Origin: Eubacteriales bacterium
GTDB lineage: Bacteria > Bacillota > Clostridia > Oscillospirales > QAKW01
Length of the DNA stretch: 42,028 nucleotides
Direction of reading: 5' to 3'
Assembly (NCBI GenBank): GCA_045545255.1
Contig: JAZQAQ010000219.1
Span: 1-42,028, forward strand
The notes below the pieces were generated by a model. It made no database searches. It was not told where the DNA came from and was given only the letters and a program-made list of their open reading frames with translations. The position numbers and the translations under genes are program-made. Positions 24,276 through 32,344 of the stretch are shown piece by piece. Numbering within the stretch: position 1 is the first letter of the stretch; each line of letters begins with the position of its first letter.

Positions 24276-26300
24276 ATGAGTTTTGAATCGAATGATCAAA
24301 AGTCTTCGTTCGACGAAATTATGGAAAAGATCAATGCCATCCAGCAGGAGGCATCGATCGTGGAGTCGTCGCAAAAGTTGATTGATGCACGCGAAAGCGA
24401 GGCTGACGGTGCGGAGTCCGGCGATGACTTTTTGATCGATGAAAGCATTTTTGATCAAATAATGGATGAAAAAAAGAATTCCTCTGATCCAAAAGAAAAG
24501 TCTGTTATTCGGCGTCTGATCGATGGGGACGAGGAAGAGAATGATGAGCAAGATGAACCGCCCGTTCGCTCTGCTATCTATGATGATGAACCGACCGATA
24601 TTGAAGATTTTGAAGCGGAAGAGGATCGGGATGCAATTTACCGTGACCTGAAGAATATTGTCGGTAAAATGGCGGTAAAGATGATCTTTTTGCTGCTGCT
24701 GAGTATTGCTTCGCTCTATCTCTTTATTGCCGGCTTTCATCCCGTACTTTTCGGTGGAAATGTGGAAACTGCCTGGTATGACATCGCTTTTCTTGCGGTG
24801 GATATTCTCTGCATTGGTGTGTCGTTCGGTATTTTTTCGCAAGGTATTCTGCGCTTGTTGCGTGCTCGCGCTGATACGGATACTTTGCTTGCGTTACTTG
24901 CGGTTGCGCTGGTCGTTGTACGGATCGCAGGATTGATCAAGCCCGATCTTTTTGCTTATAATCTGAATTTTGAACCAATGCTCGCGCTCGGCCTTTGCTT
25001 CAATGTGTCTGCAAAGAAAAAGATAGCGGCAAATATCAAGAAGAACTTTAAGTTTATTGCTTCTACCGGAGATAAGTTGACTGTTTCCGTACCACCTTCT
25101 TGCGAAGCTAATAACAGTTTGATTTTGGAAACGGGAGAGGGCGGAGACGTAATGTATGCCCACCCCACAGCGCTTGTTTCTAAATACATTGAGCATAGCT
25201 ACAGCGATTTTGATTGGGATTATAAATACCAACATCTCTGGTTTGCAATGTTGATAGTGATTCTTGCAGGGACGGTTGCTGTGTCTCAATTGACCGGTTG
25301 GGGAGAGGCGTTGCTCTTTCCTGCGGCAGCTCTTGCACCCTCTGTTCCGTTTTTCTCTCGTCATTTTTATGCAGCATCTATCTCCAAAAACGGGCGTAAG
25401 ATTCGAAAAAACGGCGGTATTCTCACTTCTGCGCAATCCGCAAAAGAATTAGAGGATTCCGATCTTTTGGTGATCTCTGAAGAAGATTTCCTGGGTAGTG
25501 ATGCAGTGTTACTTCAGGGCGTTAAGGCGATGGGGGATATCCAGATAGATGATCTGATTACCAACATTGCGGCACTCTTTAACGATGTCGGCACCCCGTT
25601 GAAACCTCTTTTCTTGAAGATGATTGATAAAGATACCGTTGATCTTCCGCGGGTGGATGACTCCTATTACCATGAGGGAATGGGATATTCCTGCCTGATT
25701 CACAGTAAAATGTTTTTGGTGGGAAATCGAAAGCTGATGGAGCATTTTAATATTGAATTTCCCAAGCAGCTGACAGAACTTCAATTGAAGGATTGCCGTT
25801 TCCCTGTTTATGTTGCGTATCATAAAAGTCCTGCCGGAATTTTCATAACCAGCTTTGAGCGCAATAAGCATACAGAGGCCGCTGTCCGTATTGCGGAGGA
25901 GGAGAGAGTGGGGGTTGGAATTGTTTCCAATAACTTCCTTTTTAATAATGAGCTCCTGCAAAAGATGTATCCCTCTGCACAACCCGATCTTTTTCATTTT
26001 ATCTCCTATGAAACCGGTAAGGCTTGCCGCCCCTATATGAAGCGGCTGGAAAAATCCCCCGACCTTATCGGCTCAATCACAGGGGCGAGGGGATTGGTGG
26101 CGTGCCTTTACGGTGCCAGCAAGCTTCTGACGGCACTGAAAATCAACAGCGTAATTCGCATCATTTATTCTATTATAGCGTTGGCGTTGATCTTCTTTAT
26201 TGCTTTGGCGGGCTATTCTGCTAATACGGCCCTCCAAGTTTTGGCATTTCAAGCCATTTGGCTAGTTCCTGTTTGTGCAGTTTGTACTTTTTGCAAATAA
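24276..26300 (+). CDS. P1B-type (heavy-metal) ATPase homologue with degenerate catalytic motifs and an acidic N-terminal domain
   Basis: 674 aa from ATG 24276, 8 nt after AAGGAG and 16 nt after the rlmB stop. It keeps P1B landmarks: GILRLLRARADTDTLLAL, LVGNRKLMEHFNI and two C-terminal TM helices. The CPC region reads ALAPSVPFF with no Cys. DKTGTLT->SEEDFLG, TGDN->SNNF and GDGxND->TGARGL. The first ~135 aa are Asp/Glu-rich. Confidence 0.7.
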   Translation: MSFESNDQKSSFDEIMEKINAIQQEASIVESSQKLIDARESEADGAESGDDFLIDESIFDQIMDEKKNSSDPKEKSVIRRLIDGDEEENDEQDEPPVRSAIYDDEPTDIEDFEAEEDRDAIYRDLKNIVGKMAVKMIFLLLLSIASLYLFIAGFHPVLFGGNVETAWYDIAFLAVDILCIGVSFGIFSQGILRLLRARADTDTLLALLAVALVVVRIAGLIKPDLFAYNLNFEPMLALGLCFNVSAKKKIAANIKKNFKFIASTGDKLTVSVPPSCEANNSLILETGEGGDVMYAHPTALVSKYIEHSYSDFDWDYKYQHLWFAMLIVILAGTVAVSQLTGWGEALLFPAAALAPSVPFFSRHFYAASISKNGRKIRKNGGILTSAQSAKELEDSDLLVISEEDFLGSDAVLLQGVKAMGDIQIDDLITNIAALFNDVGTPLKPLFLKMIDKDTVDLPRVDDSYYHEGMGYSCLIHSKMFLVGNRKLMEHFNIEFPKQLTELQLKDCRFPVYVAYHKSPAGIFITSFERNKHTEAAVRIAEEERVGVGIVSNNFLFNNELLQKMYPSAQPDLFHFISYETGKACRPYMKRLEKSPDLIGSITGARGLVACLYGASKLLTALKINSVIRIIYSIIALALIFFIALAGYSANTALQVLAFQAIWLVPVCAVCTFCK

Positions 26301-26312
26301 TTCATTAAATGC

Positions 26313-26341
26313 TTGCATTTTGTTTGGCTATATTGTATAAT
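26313..26341 (+). promoter_or_regulatory. Putative sigma-A promoter of the EF-G paralogue
   Basis: TTGCAT (26313-26318), 17 nt spacer, TATAAT (26336-26341). Confidence 0.6.
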
Positions 26342-26396
26342 AAGCCTATGAATTATTTTAAGCGTTCCGTATGGAGCTGCGAAAGGAGAACTTATC

Positions 26397-28448
26397 ATGA
26401 GCACACCAGCAAAAGACATTCGCAACGTATGTTTGATCGGTCACAAAGGCAACGGTAAAACCACCTTGGCCGAATCTATGCTTTATTTCAGTAAAGCATT
26501 GGATCGTCTGGGAAAGATCGAGCAAGGCAATACGGTTTTGGATTTTGACGCAGAGGAAATTAAGCGCAAAATTTCAATTTCTCTTTCGATGGCTTCTTTT
26601 GAATACAAGAAAACCAAGATCAATCTGATTGATGTTCCCGGCAACTATGATTATGAGGGTGATCAGATTTCGGGTCTTGAGGTTGCAGACCTGGCGTTGA
26701 TCGTTTTGACGGCGAAGAACACGGTATCCGTCGGTACGGAGAAGGCTTGGCAGAAGACTGAAAATCGGATGATGCCTCGCGCATTCTTTATCTCCGGTTT
26801 GGATGATGAGAACTCCGATTTCTATAGTATCGTTGAGCAGTTGCACGCAAAATTCGGTGCAAACCAGATTTTGCCCATCACCCTTCCTATTATCGAGAAT
26901 AATAAGTTGGTCGGTACCGTAAACGTAATCACCAATGAGGGCTATCGTTTTGGTGAAGGCGTTGTGCCCGTTCCCGCAAATATGCAGGATAAGGTCAATA
27001 CTTATTATCATTCCGCACTGGAAGCTATCGCTGAGACGGACGATGCTTTGATGGATAAATTCTTTGCGGACGAAGAATTTACCGCTGATGAATTGTCTAA
27101 CGGTCTGAAGGATGCAATTGCCCAACGGCTGATCTATCCCGTTTTCTGCGGTGTTCCCACCGAGGTGCGCGGTATTTATCAGTTGCTTGAGTCTATTGTG
27201 GATTATTTCCCCAACCCACTGGTTGCAGGAAAGGCTACCGTATTGAAAAATGGCGAAGAGACTGAGCTGGAGTGCAATCCCGCAGGTCCTATGGTATTGC
27301 GGATCTTTAAGACGGTTGCCGATCCCTTTGTGGGCAAAATGTCCTTCTTCAAGGTTTATTCCGGTACCGTTAAAAAGGATAAGAGTTATCTGAATACTAC
27401 CCGCGATGAGAACGAAAAGATCGCGCACGTCTATACTCCTTTTGGCAAAAAGCAGAATGAGGTTGATGAACTGCAGGCCGGTGATATCGGCGTCTTTACC
27501 AAGCTGGCAGTGACTGCTACTTCTGATGCACTTTGCGATAAAGATTATGCAGTCGTTATCCCGCCCATCGCGTTCCCCAAGGCAAACTACAGTAAGGCTG
27601 TTGTTTCCAAAGCAAAGGGAGACGAGGAAAAGATCGCCCAGGGTATTACCCGTATGATCGAAGAGGATCCCACTTTGAAGATGAAGGTTGATCCCGAAAC
27701 CAAGCAGATAGTACTCTCCGGCTTTGGTGATCTGCAGTTGGATGTTGTTGTTTCCAAGCTTGCGTCTAAGTTCGGCGTAAATGTTGATCTGGGCGAGGTG
27801 AAGGTTCCTTATCGCGAGGCGATCCGTAAGAAGGTTAAAGTTGAGGGTAAGCATAAGAAGCAATCCGGTGGTCACGGTCAATACGGTCACGTATGGATTG
27901 AGTTTGAGCCTTTGTATGATGGCGATTTCGAATTTGCCGAGTCGGTATTCGGCGGCGCAGTTCCCAAGAACTATTTCCCTGCAGTTGAAAAAGGCTTGCG
28001 TGAGTCTATTACGAAGGGTGTCCTTGCGGGCTATCCCGTAACCGGATTGAAGGCCACCTTGCTGGACGGCTCTTATCATCCCGTCGACTCTTCGGAAATG
28101 GCGTTTAAGACTGCCGCATCCATCGCTTTTAAAGAAGGTATGAAGGCCGCTAATCCTGTTCTTTTGGAACCTGTCGGCACCTTGACTGTCCTTGTTTCCG
28201 ATGCTTTGATGGGTGATATCATTGGTGATATCAATAAGCGTCGCGGTCAGATCCTTTCTATGGACGCTTCCGAGACCAGAGGCTATAAGATCGTATCCGC
28301 CATTGTTCCGATGAGCGAAATGAACTCTTATGCAATGGATCTCAGAAGTATGACCCACGCTCGTGCTACCTTTAATTTTGAATTCCTGGAGTATCGTGAG
28401 GCTCCCGGTAACATTACACAAAAGGTGATTGCTGAAAAAGCAGAATAA
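26397..28448 (+). CDS. Elongation factor G paralogue (EF-G2 subfamily)
   Basis: 683 aa with SD AAAGGAG. All five EF-G domains are recognisable, including the domain IV tip GKHKKQSGGHGQYGHV. The G-motifs diverge: GHKGNGKTT, DVPGN (His->Asn) and SGLD in place of NKxD. It resembles Thermus EF-G2 (GHAGSGKTT, DAPGY, TKLD). Confidence 0.9.
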   Translation: MSTPAKDIRNVCLIGHKGNGKTTLAESMLYFSKALDRLGKIEQGNTVLDFDAEEIKRKISISLSMASFEYKKTKINLIDVPGNYDYEGDQISGLEVADLALIVLTAKNTVSVGTEKAWQKTENRMMPRAFFISGLDDENSDFYSIVEQLHAKFGANQILPITLPIIENNKLVGTVNVITNEGYRFGEGVVPVPANMQDKVNTYYHSALEAIAETDDALMDKFFADEEFTADELSNGLKDAIAQRLIYPVFCGVPTEVRGIYQLLESIVDYFPNPLVAGKATVLKNGEETELECNPAGPMVLRIFKTVADPFVGKMSFFKVYSGTVKKDKSYLNTTRDENEKIAHVYTPFGKKQNEVDELQAGDIGVFTKLAVTATSDALCDKDYAVVIPPIAFPKANYSKAVVSKAKGDEEKIAQGITRMIEEDPTLKMKVDPETKQIVLSGFGDLQLDVVVSKLASKFGVNVDLGEVKVPYREAIRKKVKVEGKHKKQSGGHGQYGHVWIEFEPLYDGDFEFAESVFGGAVPKNYFPAVEKGLRESITKGVLAGYPVTGLKATLLDGSYHPVDSSEMAFKTAASIAFKEGMKAANPVLLEPVGTLTVLVSDALMGDIIGDINKRRGQILSMDASETRGYKIVSAIVPMSEMNSYAMDLRSMTHARATFNFEFLEYREAPGNITQKVIAEKAE

Positions 28449-28456
28449 ATTAAATA

Positions 28457-28522
28457 TACAGACCATATAAATTATTGAAAATCATTTCGGAAGAAGGATG
28501 AGCTATGTTTATATGGTCTGTA
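28457..28522 (+). other. Perfect 15-bp inverted repeat enclosing the RBS and start codon of the next gene
   Basis: TACAGACCATATAAA (28457-28471) pairs with TTTATATGGTCTGTA (28508-28522). The 36-nt loop holds GAAGGA and ATG 28505. No T-run follows the second arm. Confidence 0.5.
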
Positions 28523-28969
28523 AAATTAAATCGGAATCTTATCTGGGGTTTATGTGCTGCACTTTGCCTTTCCATTGGTGCACTTGCAGTTTTTTCGCCG
28601 AAAGACGCGGCAGATGTCTTGAAAAACTCTGTGGATACCGCGGCAAAGACAACGGAGCAACAGGTGACTTTTCTTCAGTCCTATGGCTATGAAACAGAAC
28701 CGCAGCCGACATTGATTGAGGAAGTTATCATCCCTGCTGAATTTGATGATGATTATGAAAAATATAACAATTATCAAAAAATGAGCGGTTTCGATTTGTC
28801 CAAGTATAAAGGCAGCAGAGCCAAAAAATATACCTATAATGTAACGAATTATTCGGATTGGCAGGGGGATGTGGTTGCAAATATCCTTGTTTATAAAGGC
28901 AAGGCAATCGGCGGCGATATCTCCTCTGCGGAATTGAATGGATTTGTTCACGGATTTGTGAAAGAATAG
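28505..28969 (+). CDS. DUF4830-like small exported/anchored protein
   Basis: 154 aa with an N-terminal TM/signal helix. The pattern IPAEFDDDYEKYNNYQKMSGFDLSKYKGSRAKKYTYNV matches my recollection of DUF4830; this is unverified. Confidence 0.6.
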   Translation: MFIWSVKLNRNLIWGLCAALCLSIGALAVFSPKDAADVLKNSVDTAAKTTEQQVTFLQSYGYETEPQPTLIEEVIIPAEFDDDYEKYNNYQKMSGFDLSKYKGSRAKKYTYNVTNYSDWQGDVVANILVYKGKAIGGDISSAELNGFVHGFVKE

Positions 28970-28972
28970 CTT

Positions 28973-29000
28973 GGCTGCGCCGTTATCGGCGCAGCCTTTT
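28973..29000 (+). terminator. Intrinsic terminator
   Basis: GGCTGCGCCG (28973-28982), loop TTAT, CGGCGCAGCC (28987-28996), then TTTT. Confidence 0.85.
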
Positions 29001-29010
29001 CGGGAATATT

Positions 29011-29706
29011 ATGAGACTTGATAAATACTTATGTGATACACTGAATATGACACGGACCGAGGCGAAAAAAGCGATTTCTGCACGGCGTGTCACGATCAAC
29101 GGCATTCCCGCCGCCAGCGGACGGATTCATATCGATGGCGAAGAAGTAAAATTGGACGGCGAAAGCATTGTCTATCAGCGTCATTTCTATATTATGCTTC
29201 ATAAACCGGCGGGCTATGTCTGCGCCAATCGGGACAGTCGCAGCAAAACGGTGTTTGATTTACTGCCTGCGGAATATCAAAAGAAGGACTTATTTGTCTG
29301 CGGGCGATTGGATAAGGATACGACCGGACTTGTGTTGATCACCAATAACGGAGAATTGGCGCATCGGCTGCTTGCACCGAAAAAGGATGTGTTTAAAGAA
29401 TACTTTGTCACTTTGCGCGACGCTGTGGACGAGGCAGATATCGTTGCTTTGAAAAAGGGGATTGCGCTCAAGGATTTTGTGTGTAAGCCTGCGTTCTTTG
29501 AACGTCAATCCGATAACTCCGGGTTATTGAGGATTTCGGAAGGGAAATTTCATCAAATCAAAAGGATGTTTGGCGCTCTTGGAAATGAAGTTGTTGCTTT
29601 GCATCGTAATTCTATTCACGGGTTATCTCTCGATCCCGCGCTCGAAGAGGGAAAGTGCAGATATTTAACGGATGAAGAGGTTATTTCCTTAAAATCTGTG
29701 GAATAA
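29011..29706 (+). CDS. RsuA/RluB-family rRNA pseudouridine synthase
   Basis: 231 aa. An S4 RNA-binding N-terminus (MRLDKYLCDTLNMTRTEAKKAI) is followed by the catalytic motif GRLDKDTTGLVLITNNGELAHRL. Confidence 0.85.
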   Translation: MRLDKYLCDTLNMTRTEAKKAISARRVTINGIPAASGRIHIDGEEVKLDGESIVYQRHFYIMLHKPAGYVCANRDSRSKTVFDLLPAEYQKKDLFVCGRLDKDTTGLVLITNNGELAHRLLAPKKDVFKEYFVTLRDAVDEADIVALKKGIALKDFVCKPAFFERQSDNSGLLRISEGKFHQIKRMFGALGNEVVALHRNSIHGLSLDPALEEGKCRYLTDEEVISLKSVE

Positions 29707-29780
29707 TACCAAAAGACAGTTGGTAATATCCGCTAAAAATACCGTCTAAATTAATTGTTTTGGAGCGAGTTTGTGCACTA

Positions 29781-29810
29781 TAAACAAATTGTAAACACTA
29801 AATTTGTTTA
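29781..29810. repeat. Perfect 10-bp inverted repeat with a 10-nt spacer upstream of msmX
   Basis: TAAACAAATT GTAAACACTA AATTTGTTTA, about 30 nt upstream of the extended -10. Confidence 0.4.
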
Positions 29811-29839
29811 AAAAAAGTATTTCAATTTTACCGCGGTTG

Positions 29840-29848
29840 TGTTATAGT
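29840..29848 (+). promoter_or_regulatory. Extended -10 promoter element (TGtTATAGT) of msmX
   Basis: TGTTATAGT lies 41 nt upstream of the ATG. The -35 is weak (TTTCAA). Confidence 0.45.
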
Positions 29849-29889
29849 ATATAACAGTAAATTTAATGCTTTGTCAGGAGGTTTAACAC

Positions 29890-30999
29890 ATGGCAAGTTT
29901 GTCTTTGAAAGGCATTTACAAGAGATATCCCGGCGGCGTAGTCGCAGTTTCCGATTTCAATCTGGAAATTGAGGACAAGGAGTTCTTGGTACTGGTAGGT
30001 CCTTCCGGTTGTGGTAAGTCCACCACCTTGAGAATGATTGCCGGTCTGGAAGAAATCACCGAAGGTGAGCTGTTCATCGGCGATAAGCTGGTAAACGACG
30101 TTGCTCCTAAGGATAGAGACATTGCAATGGTGTTCCAGAACTATGCTCTGTATCCCCATATGACCTGTTTTGATAACATGGCATTTGGTCTGAAGTTGAG
30201 AAAGACTCCTAAGGAGGAGATCAAGAGAAGAGTAGAAGAGGCTGCTAAGATCCTTGATATCAGCCATTTGCTCGACAGAAAGCCCAAGGCTTTGTCCGGT
30301 GGTCAGCGTCAGCGTGTTGCTCTGGGTCGTGCTATCGTCCGTGAGCCTAAGGTATTCTTGCTGGATGAGCCTCTCTCCAACTTGGATGCTAAGCTGCGTG
30401 CTCAGATGAGAACCGAGCTTTCCAAGATCCATCATAATCTGAAGACTACCTTCATCTATGTAACCCATGACCAGACCGAGGCTATGACTATGGCTACTCG
30501 TATCGTGGTTATGAAGGATGGTCTGATTCAGCAGGTTGATACTCCTCAGAATCTGTATCTGTATCCTTGCAATATGTTTGTTGCAGGATTCATCGGCTCT
30601 CCTCAGATGAACTTCGTTAAGGTTGAGCTGGTTGAGAAGGATGGCGCTTACTATGTTGAGTTCGCCGGCAACTCCCTGAAGCTGCCCGAGTCCAAGATCA
30701 ACGATGACGTTAAAGAAAAGGTTGGTCAGACTGTAATCTTGGGTATTCGTCCCGAGCACGTTCACGATGAGGCTGAGTACCTTGAGAAGATGCCCGAGTA
30801 CACCATTACCTGCAATGTTGAGGTTGCCGAGCTGATGGGTTCCGAGACCTATCTGTATCTGGAGATCGAAGGCAATAAGTTTACTGCCCGCGTTGCTCCT
30901 ACCTCCACTGCAGTTGCTGATGATGTTATCAAGGCTGCTTTGGATCTGTCTCATTGCCATCTGTTTGATGCTGAGACCGAGCGTACCTTGGTTAACTAA
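29890..30999 (+). CDS. msmX: Stand-alone MalK/MsmX/UgpC-type sugar ABC transporter ATP-binding protein
   Basis: 369 aa with SD AGGAGG. Walker A GPSGCGKST, signature LSGGQRQRV, Walker B FLLDEPLSNLD, plus a C-terminal TOBE/regulatory domain. Confidence 0.9.
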   Translation: MASLSLKGIYKRYPGGVVAVSDFNLEIEDKEFLVLVGPSGCGKSTTLRMIAGLEEITEGELFIGDKLVNDVAPKDRDIAMVFQNYALYPHMTCFDNMAFGLKLRKTPKEEIKRRVEEAAKILDISHLLDRKPKALSGGQRQRVALGRAIVREPKVFLLDEPLSNLDAKLRAQMRTELSKIHHNLKTTFIYVTHDQTEAMTMATRIVVMKDGLIQQVDTPQNLYLYPCNMFVAGFIGSPQMNFVKVELVEKDGAYYVEFAGNSLKLPESKINDDVKEKVGQTVILGIRPEHVHDEAEYLEKMPEYTITCNVEVAELMGSETYLYLEIEGNKFTARVAPTSTAVADDVIKAALDLSHCHLFDAETERTLVN

Positions 31000-31009
31000 G
31001 TTTATATTT

Positions 31010-31042
31010 AAAGCGTCTCGCGTTTGCGGGACGCTTTTTTTC
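31010..31042 (+). terminator. Intrinsic terminator of msmX
   Basis: AAAGCGTCTCGC, loop GTTT, GCGGGACGCTTT (one G.U pair), then T7. Confidence 0.85.
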
Positions 31043-31173
31043 TTATCCATTATGACGAATAAAAATAAGAAAAAATCGCAGTCTTCGTTGCTCCTTTGAC
31101 CAATAAATTGCCTGTATTTAGATAAAAATTTGCTCCGTTGTGCAATGTTAACAAATTATTTTACAAAAAACTG

Positions 31174-31202
31174 TTGAAAAAGATATAGATATGTAGTAAA
31201 AT
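31174..31202 (+). promoter_or_regulatory. Putative sigma-A promoter of the PucR-ftsEX operon
   Basis: TTGAAA (31174-31179), 17 nt spacer, TAAAAT (31197-31202). Confidence 0.55.
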
Positions 31203-31246
31203 ATGAATTAGCATTATAGGCAAAATGTATAGGAGGATGATTGTAA

Positions 31247-32332
31247 ATGTCCAATCGTATTTTTCAAAGTGTTGTATACCAGTTAAAGGATAGCATTGAG
31301 CGTACAGTCGGTGTTATTGATGAGAACGGTACTGTTATTTCTTGCAGCGATCTGATTAAGATCGGTGAGGTGCACGAAAATGTCATTTCGTCCATTTCTG
31401 CAACGATGGAAAGCATCATTGAGGATGGATATACATATAAACCTCTTAATTCCCGTTCAGGTCTGGAGTATGTGGCATTTGTGGAAGGTACCGATGAACT
31501 GGCAGCAAAATATATTAACCTGATCACTATTACGCTGACCAATATCAAGCAGTATTATGATGAGAAGTTTGATAAGAATAATTTTGTTAAGAATGTTATT
31601 TTGGACAATATTCTTCCCGGTGATATTTTTATCAAGGCGAAGGAGCTGCGTTTTGAGGTAGAGGCATTCCGTGTCGCAATTCTGATTCGTCTTTCCGATA
31701 AAAGCGATGTATCTGCCTATGATATTCTTCAAGGCTTGTTCCCGGACCGTCAGAAGGACTTTATCATCAATATCAACGAGACGGACCTTGTGCTCGTTAA
31801 GGAAGTTAAGAGCTTTAATGATAATAAAGATCTGGAGAAGCTGGCCAAGAGCATTGTTGATATTGTAAGCAGTGAACTGTATATCAAGGCATATGTCGGA
31901 ATCGGTACCATTGTGGATAATATCCGAGATCTGCCTCGCTCCTTTAATGAAGCGCAGATTGCTCTGGAGGTCGGTAAAGTCTTTGATACCGAGAAGTTCA
32001 TTATGACTTATGATAATCTTGGTATCGGTCGTCTGATCTATCAATTGCCCACCACCCTTTGCGAAATGTTCCTTTCTGAAGTCTTTAAGAAGGGGTCCAT
32101 TGAGTCGCTGGATTACGAAACCCTCTTTACCATTCAGAAGTTCTTTGAAAACAATCTGAACGTATCAGAAACCTCCAGAAAACTGTTTGTACATCGAAAT
32201 ACTTTGGTTTACCGTCTGGAAAAAATCCGCAAGTTGACCGGTTTGGATCTCAGACGCTTCGATCACGCGATTGTTTTTAAAGTGGCATTGATGGTTAAGC
32301 GGTATCTGACGGCTAATCCCACTAAATTTTAA
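31247..32332 (+). CDS. PucR/CdaR-family transcriptional regulator
   Basis: 361 aa with SD AGGAGG. The C-terminal PucR-type HTH reads NVSETSRKLFVHRNTLVYRLEKIRKLTGLDL. Confidence 0.8.
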   Translation: MSNRIFQSVVYQLKDSIERTVGVIDENGTVISCSDLIKIGEVHENVISSISATMESIIEDGYTYKPLNSRSGLEYVAFVEGTDELAAKYINLITITLTNIKQYYDEKFDKNNFVKNVILDNILPGDIFIKAKELRFEVEAFRVAILIRLSDKSDVSAYDILQGLFPDRQKDFIININETDLVLVKEVKSFNDNKDLEKLAKSIVDIVSSELYIKAYVGIGTIVDNIRDLPRSFNEAQIALEVGKVFDTEKFIMTYDNLGIGRLIYQLPTTLCEMFLSEVFKKGSIESLDYETLFTIQKFFENNLNVSETSRKLFVHRNTLVYRLEKIRKLTGLDLRRFDHAIVFKVALMVKRYLTANPTKF

Positions 32333-32344
32333 TTAGGAGTTGCC

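Noticed and set aside
21201-26300. Interpreting the two degenerate P-type ATPase genes as decaying pseudogenes
   Set aside because: Both are uninterrupted ORFs of about 700 codons with proper SDs and preserved TM and domain architecture. Motif loss without frameshifts or stops argues for neofunctionalisation rather than decay. This remains to be tested.
26574-28466. 630-aa minus-strand ORF opposite the EF-G paralogue
   Set aside because: The plus-strand product aligns along its whole length to EF-G. The minus-strand ORF is a shadow with no recognisable domain.
28498-28692. 64-aa alternative-frame ORF at the start of the DUF4830-like gene
   Set aside because: It is out of frame with the longer ORF, which has a signal/anchor helix and a conserved-looking C-terminal domain. 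The product is Cys-rich nonsense.
29863-31050. 395-aa minus-strand ORF opposite msmX
   Set aside because: The plus strand carries unmistakable Walker A, signature and Walker B motifs. The antisense ORF is a shadow.
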